DNA of 64,000 bases from Harriotta raleighana. Its lineage: Eukaryota. The notes beneath the pieces were generated by a model. It did no database searches. It was not told where the DNA came from and worked only from the letters and a program-made list of their open reading frames with translations. The stretch covers positions 378,575 through 442,574 of the forward strand of contig JBNZDD010013484.1 of NCBI GenBank assembly GCA_050575255.1. Direction: 5' to 3'. The position numbers and the translations under genes are program-made. Of the stretch, positions 29,601 through 41,900 are shown piece after piece; the first letter of the stretch is position 1, and every line of letters begins with the position of its first letter.

Positions 29601-32600
29601 GAAAAAAAGTAGAAAGTTTGGTAGGTTAGCAATTTAACCACTCAGTTTAGGCTTCCTTCAGCTTACAGGGGTAAACAGTTCGAGCTACAAAATGAGCAAG
29701 TTACTTTGAAAATTGTCATTTATATTTGGCTGCTACTTAATAATTTAATTGGACCTATGTGACATTTGCATGAGTCTTGGATCAATTGGGTTATACTTAA
29801 CTGGCCAGCTTTGCTTCAACATTCCCACCTCAGATTCATGTTTGAACCATGATGTGCAAGCCATGGCAGAATATCGTTCTGAACATAACTAAAACCATGA
29901 GGGATTCAGTGATAAGCGACAGACACCGTGGCTGATATTACTGTTAACTAACAAATTTAACGCTGACAAATTTCCCTTAGAAGTGTTTCTACTCGTCCAG
30001 AAATAACTTCATTTGGGGCAGGAGAGAACTTTGCCCTTTCACCTCTGAATTGAATGTAAATTGAGGAAAGTCCTTGATAGTGAAATAAACTTAGTTGCGC
30101 TCATCTGACTGTTTTTTTCTCAGTTTCCTGAATGCACTACTTTAGGCAGGAATAACAAGAAAAATTCACAAAGAATTACTGTAAGCTCTTGTACAACGGC
30201 AGATGACACAAAGCTGGGAAAAGTAGTAAATAATGAGGAGGATAGTAGCTGACTGCAAGAGGATATAGACAGACTGGTGACATGGGCAGACACATGGCAG
30301 ATGAAGATTAATGTGGATAAATCCAAAGTGATGCATTTTGGAAGGAAGAATGAGGAGAGGCAGTATAAGCTAAATAGTAGAATCTTAAAGGGAGTGAAGG
30401 AACAGAGAGACCTGAGGGTTCATATAAATAAATCTTTGAAGTTGGCAGGGCAGGTAGAGCTGTTTTAAAAAAAGCATATGAGATACTTGGCTTTATAAAC
30501 AGAAGCATAGAATACAAAAATCAGGAAGTTATGATGAACTTTTACAAAATACTGGTTAGGCCTCAGCTGGAGTACTGCATCCAATTCTGGGCACCACACT
30601 TTAGGAAGGATATCAAGGCATTGGAGAGCATGTGCAAGAGCTTTACCAGGATGGTACCAGGAATGAGGGACTTCAGTTTTCAGGGGAGGCTAGAGAAGCT
30701 GTGATTATTCTCCTTGGAGCAGTAAAGGTAAAGTGGAAACTTAACAGAAGTTTTCAAAATGATTAGGGGATTCGATAGTGTGAACAAGGAGAAGCTATTT
30801 CCACTGATGAGTGGGTCAGTAACCCAAGGAAATCAATTTACAATAGTTATTAAAAGAAACAGAGGGGAGGGAAATATAAATTATTTTACTTAATAAGTTG
30901 TTCAGATTTCGAATGCATTGCCTGAAAGTGTGCTGGAAGCTGATTCGACAACAACTTTTAAGAGAGAAGTAGACAGTCATTTGAGGAGGACAGGTTTGCA
31001 ATGCTATGGAGAGAGAGCTGGGGAGTGGGATTGATTTGGACAGCTCTTTTCAAAGAGCCAGCAGAGACACAATAGGCCAAATGGCCTTCTTCTGTATTAT
31101 ATATTTCTATGATTCTATGAAAGAGTAGTAAATAACTTATTACAAATGTAGTAATTAACCTGTGTGACACATTATCAAGTAACCTGGTGATGTTTTGGTA
31201 CTAAATTATTACTTTTATCCCTCGCTTCTCTTTCTTTCATAATGGGTTTCACTAATACTTGGATAATGGTTCTACGTCTGTTGACTGTGACCTTCTACCG
31301 GTCTGGGATGATCTTCTCATCATTCTTAGAACCTGCATTGACAGAACAGAAGGCCATTTGGCTCCTTTCAATCCCACTTGCCTGCTGTTTCCCCATATAC
31401 CCACAGTTTATTCTTCAGCAAGGTTACTAGATAGCAATCAGAAGAGAGAACGAGACCTAGCTGATTTTGTCTTCCTTAACCAGGGGACACCGATGCTAAT
31501 TTGTTCTGCCACATCTTTTACCATGGCTAAAGTCAACTATCTCAGTACAAGTAAGGGTGGGAATGTATGAGTCTGGATGTTTCAAATTCTCTTTAAACTC
31601 TGATCTTATCAATTGAACCTCTACTTCTTTACAAGGCTACATGCATCTTTAAAGAAAATGGTGAGAATGAGCAGTGGTAGTGGGGATGATGTTGGGAGGT
31701 GAGGAGTGGTACTGAATTTGTTAGATAAGAACCTTTCACCAACCCCAAATTCATAATCCCGCTTACGTCTCATTCCTTCCCATCTGTGGAGGGTGAGGGT
31801 ACTCAATTGCGATTAAATAAAATGGGGCGAACTAAAATGAGGTGAGCTTCACTAAAAACACTCGGGGAAAATTAAATCCTTTTGTTAAAGGAAGACAGCA
31901 AAGATTAATAAAACCAAAAGTAATCTATTAAAAAACAGCACCATTCATAATAACTCTCCTTCAGATAAACAAATGTTAATGAATTAGGTGGCTCACACTG
32001 GTGCACAATCTACCTGTTTTCTCTTATCTCTGCTTCTTTTTCTTTGACCCTTGTAGGAGTTTCACTCAGATCATAAGAGAAGAGATGGAAAGGCATGTGG
32101 GGAACATATGGCAGCTTCTCAATGGTTGGAGACACAGCAGGGGTAGCGTTTTCCGATGAAAGTTGAGAACTGTTTGGAGATAGATGGGTGGCAACAGATG
32201 ATGATAGGAATGATGATGAAGGATGCTGGTAGGCACTAGGAGAAGTGGGTGACAAAGGTATTGTGGAAGAGCTGGCAGATGGATACGTGTGGTGCCAGGC
32301 AGAAGGTTCTTTCTCTTCAAAAAGAGGGATAAAGTTTGCTACATATTTTGAGCTCTGGGAACTAATTTCTGCATGATTGTTTGCTGTGTATGGCTTCAAC
32401 TCACTGGAGAGAGTAAAGAGAGGTAGGAGGATAAGAATAAAAGAATTAGGTGTGAAAATTCAAAGAGCCAAAAAATATTAAAATAAGCCTTTCAAGATAA
32501 AGAAGCATTATTGGCACTTAAAACACATCATTGTTTTATTTATAAGCTAATCAATTTCCAACTGAAGTTTGAAATGGTTAATAGATGTTCAAATTATCCC

Positions 32601-32960
32601 TCAGTTAGCATGTCCTCTCGACTACTCTCCAACTGTTTTTTTGTGCTAGAATCAGCAGAACGATTGTCTAGAGCAGTGTCTAGACCAACCTCGGGTCCTG
32701 ACCCAAATCAGATCATGGGCGTCCTCAGTTGGGTCGTGAAGGGCCATCAGAAATTTTTGTTGTTGTTTTTTTAATGTTGAAAATGCTTCTTTAAAGCTTA
32801 AAAAAAAGTGCCCAAGGCAAAACCTCTGACCAATTGTGTGGAAGAGTACTTACAAATTGTGCTGAATCCACAAAAGAGATGGAGATAAAGTTTTGGGTGA
32901 GCTTCGCTTCACTCGCGATGTCGCCCCCTAAGGGTGGGAGGACCTATTGGAGGCTAATTT

Positions 32961-32998
<38 letters not shown>

Positions 32999-35900
32999 AG
33001 CAATGCTCCCCTACAAGATATACAAGAGTAAAGCAGAAAGAAAGCTTGCTATTGGTCAATCTACTTGCTATGTTAGTGTGGAAGACTACAATGGTAGAAA
33101 ATACTAAGCACCAACTTTGTTTGGGAAACTTGTTATCAAACGTAGCTGCAATAAAGTCACGTAATCTCAGAAGGAAATAGTTATAATTTGTATGGATCCT
33201 GCAACTGAATGTTCAAGTGCCAAGTGTCTTATAGAATGCCAAGACTGTTTTCCTAATACCTTTTCTGGACCTGACAAGAGGGTTCTTCATCCCCCTCATC
33301 TTCGGTATTAGGCTCAGTGACTGGTTGCTCTTCCTCTGCTCCTTCTTCTTCACAATCCTCGTCTCTGTTTGTTGCAGGAGTGAGTGCGGTAGAGCAGGAA
33401 GGAAACAGATAGTGATGCGAGAGACAAGTGAGAATGGAGGAAGGAAAGGGTAATGATAAGACATTCAGAATGAAAGTTACAAGCACATCTGTAGTCAAGT
33501 GACTGGAGTTCGATGGGAACAAGGGCAATTCCAGACAGTGATGGAATTAGTAGCACTATTGTTCAGAGCAGTGCTCCCAGATGAGATACACATGAGTAAA
33601 GCACAAGGAAAGACAAGAGAGTTAGTTGTGAAGGTATAAACCACTGCTAGCTGCAACAGCTGTATACATTTTTACACATTAAGTATGCAATAAGTTTTCT
33701 CCTGTATCAAACATACACTGAATAAACAGAGAACATATTCCAAGGCTGTAATTTAATTGAAGCTAAGGGATGGAATACCGGACGGACAGACGGGGAGTAT
33801 CAGATGACATAATCCGTAAGAGAAAGGTTTAAAGGGGCTACCTGAACTCACCTCTGGATTCCACCCTTTCCCTTCTATTTGTTATTCCTTGCATTATACT
33901 CTAGATGTTTTTGTTGAAGTCATTACCTTTGTGATTGATTCTTTAGACAGGCTGCTGACTGGAAGGTAAGGACGCTATTGCTATGTCAGCAACTGAGGAG
34001 AGTTTGGGTCTGTTAAACTTGCTGCCTGCCCTTTGTTGGCGGATAAAATGTCTCTCTTCCCAAAGGTAACTGACAGACACTGAGGTCATTTATTTTTGAT
34101 ACCACATTGGCTGCTGGATCCCTTTTTAAATAGAAAATTCCTCGCAGATTTCTGACAGCAGCCTGATAGTCACTAAATACCCTTGTCAATGTAATTACTT
34201 CAGCTCGACAGAGAAATAATATCAAGTGCATTTTAAATAAGCATTTTTCTTCTCCAATTTCAACGCTCAAAATTCTCTTTTTTTTCCCTCACTGAATGCA
34301 TAACTGGAGATATAATTTAATCCAAAGTAAGAAATACTTTGGTCAAAACCTTCATACACACCTTCAGCCAAAAAGTCTGTGGGGAATGGACAGGGAATTC
34401 CACAAGAAAACTATTATTCTATCCCACAAGAATCCAATGCAGCTGGAAATGTAATATATGCAACGAGGGAAACATTGTGGAATACGGCAATAAACTTTCT
34501 GGAAAATAATCCTGCGGTTAGAATCTCCTCAAATTACAGAATAATGTACTTCTGAAGAAAGCTTTTCCTGAATTGATAATCCCAGTCAATACAAGAACAC
34601 ATGACAATACCACTGATCAACATGAATAAAAGGGCAAAGATTGCAGCATTTGCATTGTCCCTCCCAAAACAGGATTATCTATTTCAATACACTGTTAACC
34701 CACATCAGGAAATTAAAAACTTGCCAAATAATTACCTTCTGCTTCTAATGCACGACTTCTCCCTGCCTGGCAATTGCAAATGTAGCCATTTAAATGCTTC
34801 TATAATGGGGATCCTTGGCATCTTCGATTAGAAGGGTTATTTGGTGAGAATGGGTTTCCAACAGCAAGTTTCCAAGGGAGTTTTTGAGCCACAATATCTC
34901 TGCTCTCAGAGAATCAAAGAATTTTTCAGCACAAATGGAGGCCATTCGTCCCATCGAGTCTGTGCCGGCTTTTTGAAAAGAGCTATTCAAAGCCAATACC
35001 ATTTCCCGGCTTTCCCCCCCTTAATCCCGCAAATCCATCCTCCCCAAATAACCATCCACCTCTCTTTTAAAAGTTGTTTTTGAATCGGCCTTCACCACCC
35101 TTTCAGGCAATGCATTCCAGATTCAAAAAACTTGCTGCTTCTTCTTTTAGAAACTATTTTAAATCTGTGACCTCGAGTCACTGACACAACCATCAGTGGA
35201 AACAATTTTTCCCCGTTCACCCTATTGAATCCCCTCATGATTTTGAAAACCTCTATGAGGTCTTCTCGTAACCTCCTCTGCTCCAATGAGAACCAGCATT
35301 TTGCTCTCTGGAACTTTCTCCTAGAATCTAGTGCTTTGGGACATCCTCCTGACGTGAAAGGTGCTATACAAATGTAATTTTGTTGTTGATATTGTTATTG
35401 TGTTACTCGGCACTCCCTCCCTATCTTGAAACCTTCCTAAAAGCATAGCTTCTTGCCATAGGTTGTTATCTTCAAACACTATCTGCAATATCTCTGGAAT
35501 CCTCGATGAGACACCTTCATAAGTGAAGGTGTACAAATGTTTATGAAAATGAAATTATCTTTCAAAGCTAATTTACAAACTGGATTTGGTGTTTCTGCAA
35601 GTTGTGTAACATTCTGTTTGAAAAAAAGATTCAGGCATAAAATGGCCAGTCACTTCCCATTGACGTCAGCTCACTAGTTTTGGTTAAATTTTGCCAAATC
35701 TAAGATTCACAATTCATGGACTGCCAATTACACAAACCCAAATTGCCTATAACCTAATAAATTCAGATGGTCACTATGACAAATTAGATGCCACTAATGA
35801 TTTTTTTCTGAAATTAAATAAATGGTGTGGCTGGGGAGTGAAAAGCATTTAATATAGTACTTTTCTTGTCTTCTAGACATCTCAAAGCACTTCGCAGAAT

Positions 35901-38900
35901 ATACTTTAAAGTGAAATGACCATATAACTTGTGGGTGAAACGCGGCAGCCAATTACACACAGCAGTGTCCCACAAACAACGTATTTTTTTACAGGATATT
36001 ATTTATTTTTTATTTTGCTGAAGGGATTATTATACCCAGAAAAGCGATCTGCCAATTGACTAACAACCAGGTTTCTACTTACTGCTAGGTAAACAGAGGC
36101 ATGTCTGGGCAATCAAACCCAGGTCCTCTTGCTTGCGAGGTGAATGCTCCAACTATTAAGCTACAGGACTCCACTATAGGCGAAATAGCCATGTTGAAGC
36201 ATGCTTTGGTACTCTTAAAGATATCTACTCAAATTACGGGGGAAACCTGCTCCTAATGTAGATCTTTTAAGTATTTACGATGAATAAGAAGCTGCAGTGA
36301 GGGTGGATCCCTGGAATAAGGTTGATGGCTGAGGAGCTGGTTGGAAATCAATCCTATTGGATAAACTTGGGTGTCCATCTGGTCACTAGAGCAGATGAAT
36401 ATACAAAATATATATAAAAAATGATAGCTATGAACAAATCTCAAATAAGCACAGAGGATTTATGCATGTAATAGATAACTTACATATTAAGGTAAATAAT
36501 GTGTCATTCAAATCATAATTATCCTACCTCTGAAAAGTGTAATCCAAATCTGTCTTCAGCTACTGTGTGGAGTGACAGAAAGCTGCCAACTTTATTATGA
36601 TAAGGAAGATCCTTGCATTTCATGTAGTACCTTGCCACATTGCCAAAAGATCTCAAGGCATTTCACAAAATATTACTGTTAAAGTGTAGTGCTATGCAGG
36701 TAAACGTGGCAGCCAATTTGCAGGCAGCAATGACCCACAAACAACAATAACAACAGATTACATTTCTATAGCACCTTTTACAAAGGGAGTAAGTCCCAAG
36801 GCATTGGATAGTCAAGCATTTGGGCACAAGCTGGGGTTGGCTATGAAATGGATGATCGGTTTTATCTGTATTGGGCAGGAGACCAGGTAAATCTACTTTC
36901 TTTTATTGAACAATGCCATGGGGTCTTCCACCTGAACAAGCAGACAGGAGCTCGCTTAATGTATAACTCAAAGGACAGTCCCTCTTACAATGCAGTGCTC
37001 TTCCAGTACTGAAGTGTCAGCCTAAACTATAAGCTTAATTTAAACTGCAATCACTGATGCAGAGGTGAGGATACAATGAGCAGAGCCAGCCTGACACTTG
37101 TGAACCACCTGATAACCATGCGCCAAGCTGATAACTGCTGAATTTAAGAACTTTAATACCAAGATCCTTAGACCAGCAAGTCCTACGCTTGCTCAGGGCC
37201 TAAACGTTATGATTAATATCCCTGGTAACGACATTCGTTTGCTTCCTGGAGTGCAAACTGATCTTGAAACACATGGCAGCCAAACCTGTTCTGAATGCCT
37301 GCAGCACTTCTGACCTATGGCTAGATGGCAGCAACTGGGACAATTTATCACAATGGAACGCATTCAATTTTCTCCACAGCCAATGAAACCTGATGCAACT
37401 TGCATTATTTTTGGTCACTGCCAAGGTCTCATAGAGACGTGACATAATTAGAAGCATTCTATCCAGAGCCACTTATCATCCACAGTGAGGGGTGACCAAC
37501 TGACTCCTGTAATCCACGTTACACAAGAGGCAGCCAAGGAGGCAGCCAATCTGAAGTGAGGTGGTCCATGAGCTGAGCCAAGGATAGACACACGCTGGCA
37601 ATAAATGTTGTGGGTCAGCAGACCATCACTGATATTTGTGGAAAAGTGACTCTCAGGAAATAGTATCTCCTGACAGCCACAGAGACAGCAAGTTTTGCAT
37701 CAGAACTGTCATCTCTTAAATTGTATGTCAGTATGTGGAGTTGGATCCGAACTGTGTCTTAAAGAGGGATTTATTTATGAACCCCCAGCCTTGTATGTTC
37801 TCTGAATCCTTTCAATCTCTGGAGCCCTTTTATAACATTTTCAAAACAAAATATTTGCTGAATCTGTCTGGATTGGATGCAAACCTAACAACTGAACCCA
37901 AAAGATTAATGATACTGCAATAAATACCATGTCCACTGCTAAACTCTCGCACATCTCTTTACCGTGGGAGTATAAACTGAAGTGAAAATGATCACACTGA
38001 ATCCATTAAAAAAAAACAGTATAATATCAGTCAATAAATTCTTTGGTTGCAGGTCTGGTATCCTCCTCCACTCCAACCTCGTTCATCAGTACAGTGTTTG
38101 GGCCTAAAGATTTCAGTGGTCTACTTTGTGTTGGTGTTTCCTCCGGATGTGAAAGACGCTCTATAAATGTAATTTTGGTTGTTGTTGTTGTGGTGAATCA
38201 GGAAAGCGCTGTGTCAGATTTGTGAGATATTGTTTTAAATCAATCAGCATCACACAAAACAACAGTCAAATGATGGCTGTGCAGTCATGAACAGAACTGG
38301 GTCAGCTAAGTGGGAAGATAAGGATATTGGATCCAACAACTCTACCAAAGTTAGAGAAAAGGGTCACATCCAAAACCAAGCCATAATTATCAACTCAAAA
38401 TCCACTGCTTCTTAACAGATTTGATGTGATGTTATGAAGCACTGAATGTTTCTCCCCAACTTTGATAAAATCCCAAGTGTTTCTGGTTTATTTAAACTAT
38501 TTTATAACTTTTTTTTATTGAGTTACGTCCATCCAGTGGGAGAGCACAGTTCTGCGAGTGTTAGTAGGAAGTACTCCATGTGATACTTAACTCCAGCAGG
38601 AACTTGAGAGAACAGTTAGCATGTCTGCTAAGGGATTTAACATAGCGTCTCGGTGGTGCACCGCAAAACTCTTGCCCCCAAAGGAGCACCAACCAACTAA
38701 CTTGTAAGGGATGCTTCATAAATGTTTGTGTATGACTTTTATTCTCACAGCTATAACTCAATGTTAGCAATATCTTGGTAAGTTATGGCCGGCCTCTCAA
38801 ACGAAAATAAAAATCAGGTCTCACTGAACCCCACATGTTTTATTCATTTCAGTTTTTATGAAAATGCATGTTGTGATTTTATGGAAGAACATTAGATCTG

Positions 38901-41900
38901 AAAAGTGTGCGGTGAATCAAAGAGTGAGAGGCTGCTTCACTGTCATCTATGCACTGTCATGTATGCACCCACCTATGCAAAAATAGGATTTTTCTGTTTC
39001 CACTGTTTCGCAAACTCAATAGACTTTATGATAGAGGGAGCAGAGGAGCAAAAATGCACTATTACTAAATATATGCCATGCCTTCATTATAATGATGATA
39101 TTGAAATGTGTTTTTAACTAATTTTCCCTCCAACATGTAAACAATAGCCTCAAACCTGATTGATACACAAGCCAGGAGTAAACTCCTGGTCAGTGAGTCA
39201 GTGATTAGAGAACATCAATTTGATACAGCTAGCAAATGGGGAGATTTTTTTTCATACACAGAGTGATTAGGATATGGAATGCCCTGCTGGGAGCAGTCAT
39301 TGGAGACAAAATCCATATTAGCTTTCAAAACGGAATCAGATATCTGAAAGCATGTAAACTCCAGAAGTATGGGGGAACGGCAGTTAAACTGCACCAAATG
39401 GATTGCTCTTTAAAAGAGCCAGCAAGGATATTATTGTCTAAATGGCTCTCTTCTGTGCTGTAAATTTCCATGGTTCCATGGAATCATAGTCTCAACTTTG
39501 AGAATACTGTATGGGTTGACAGAATTTCATCTACAGCATATGCAGCTATTTTGACCCCCAATACTTAGCTTCAATTTCATTGTGACAGCAAAATTCACAT
39601 TCATTTTCTGAAGAAGCTACATCTCTCTTACAAGTAGACACTGTAATCTGAGACACTAACCATGAGGCACAGACCACAACTGCATTATGAACTGGCAAGA
39701 AAACAGACTGGATAAATAAACAATTGGTGCAAACCATTGAACATAACAATAATAATAATGATGATGATAATAACAATCATTCTAATTGATATACAGTAAA
39801 ATCTCGTTTATCCATGACTCGAATAATCGGAAAATCCGTTCAACCGCCACCTCAAAAAAAAAGTCCCGGTCCGACTAACCGGAAGTTATCCGGCGACGAG
39901 TTGAATGTCGGGTTTAAACTGTTCCAGGTCCTTTTAAAACTCGCGTTTTTTATTTTACCTCGTTCGAATGGATGAGCGCCTGGTCGTTGGGAAGGTAAGT
40001 TAAATATTGCTGCAGGTAGCGGCCAGAGAGGGGTGGGGGGGGGTGTGGGGGAAAGGGAGGAGAGGAAATGGAGAGAGAGAGGGACGGGGGGGTGGAATGG
40101 AGAGAAAGAAAGGGGGGGGGGAATGAGATTTGGGGAAAGGGAGAGAGAGAGAGGAAAGGGTTGGGGGGGGGTGNGGTGGAATGGAGAGAAAGAAAGGGGG
40201 GGGGGAATGAGATTTGGGGAAAGGGAGAGAGGGAGAGGAAAGGGTGGGGGGGGGGTGGGAGGATAGAATTTACATGATGGATTCAGACTGAATTTCTTTG
40301 AGGGTCCGTGTCTGTCTGTGTGTGTGTGTCTGTCTGTGTGTCTATGTGTGTGTCTATGTGTGTGCTGGCCGTTAGGTCTAAACTCGTTGCTTTTTAAACT
40401 CGTGTTTTTTACCTCCCGTCGAATCAGTGCTGAAATTCTGAAGTTAAGTATAAATAAGCATGTACTAATAGAATATTCTGTTATTATTTAGTCTATTATT
40501 AATATGGTATGTGTTAAAATAATTCTAATTTTTTTGGAAAAAATTATATTTAATAAATTTTTTAAAAAGAAATCCGTTCAACCGGAAAAAACATTTAACC
40601 GCTACTGGCCAGGTCCCGTGGGTGCCGGATAAACAAGGTTTTACTGGAGCACTTTATCAATTCTTTGAGACATCTTAAAGTGTTTCATACAATATACTAT
40701 ACTGTGAAGTTAATTGACTGTAAATTTAGTGTGCGAAACGTGGCAGCCAATTCTGCACAGTGTCTGACAAACATTTGTGAATTGAGTGACCAAATTATTA
40801 TTGCATTTTTTTCTTGAGTGATTATCATTTAAAAAAAATTTTTTTTTTGAAAGGATTAGTATCCTTGGAAATGCGATCTGCCAATTGACTAATAACTGGA
40901 TTCCTACTTGCTGCAAAGCAAAACAGAGGCATGTGGAGTAAGGAAACTTGCCTAATGTTTTGCTCTGTCCGTGAATCTAACCCAGGTACTCTTGCTTGCT
41001 TGCAAGATGAGTGCTCTAACACATAACACATAACACATAACGTACAAAGATATGGGTTGGTGCATGATACAGGATTCCTTACTTTCCACGAACTTTAACA
41101 AAAACTATCCTTGCATTTTATATAATGCCTCTTCACATTTTCTTGATGTCACAAAGTGCTTCACAGAGTATACTGTAAAGTGAATTGACTTTATGTTTTG
41201 TGGGCAAAATGCAGCAGTCAATTACGGACAGCAGCATCGCACAACAGTCATGGATTACGTAACCAAATTATTTGTTTTTCAAGGAATCATTACCCTCGGA
41301 AAAGCGATCTGCCAATCGAGTGACAACCGTGTTTCTACTGATTGCTAGGTAAATACAAGTATGTGCAGGAACGTAGCGTTCCCAATGTTTTATCCTGCCA
41401 GGTATCGAATCCAGATCCCCTTGGTCGCAAGGCAATTGCTTAACCACTAAGATACAGAACTCCAAACTATTTTTGTATGTATGGTACACTTTTCAGTATA
41501 ACCAGTTCATATTTACAGGGGTTATTTTGAAAAAAGATACATCCCCTCCTAAAATCACATCTACAATTGTGTGGAGAGAAAAAGGTTAGTCAGATTTACA
41601 ATAAAATCTTGTTTATCTGTGACTCGAATAACCGGAAAACCTGTTCTACCACCATCCAAAAAAGTCGTGATTTGATTAACCGGAAGTTATCCGGCGAACA
41701 GTGATGACGGGTTTAATGTTGGGCCTAAACTCGTTTCTGCTCCTTTTAAAAGTCGCATTTTTTTTTTTACCTTGTNACGGGTTTAATGTTGGGCCTAAAC
41801 TCGTTTCTGCTCCTTTTAAAAGTCGCGTTTTTTTTTTTACCTTGTTTGGATGAGTGCTGCCATTGCAAAGTTAAGTATACATAATAAATACTGCTGCAGG

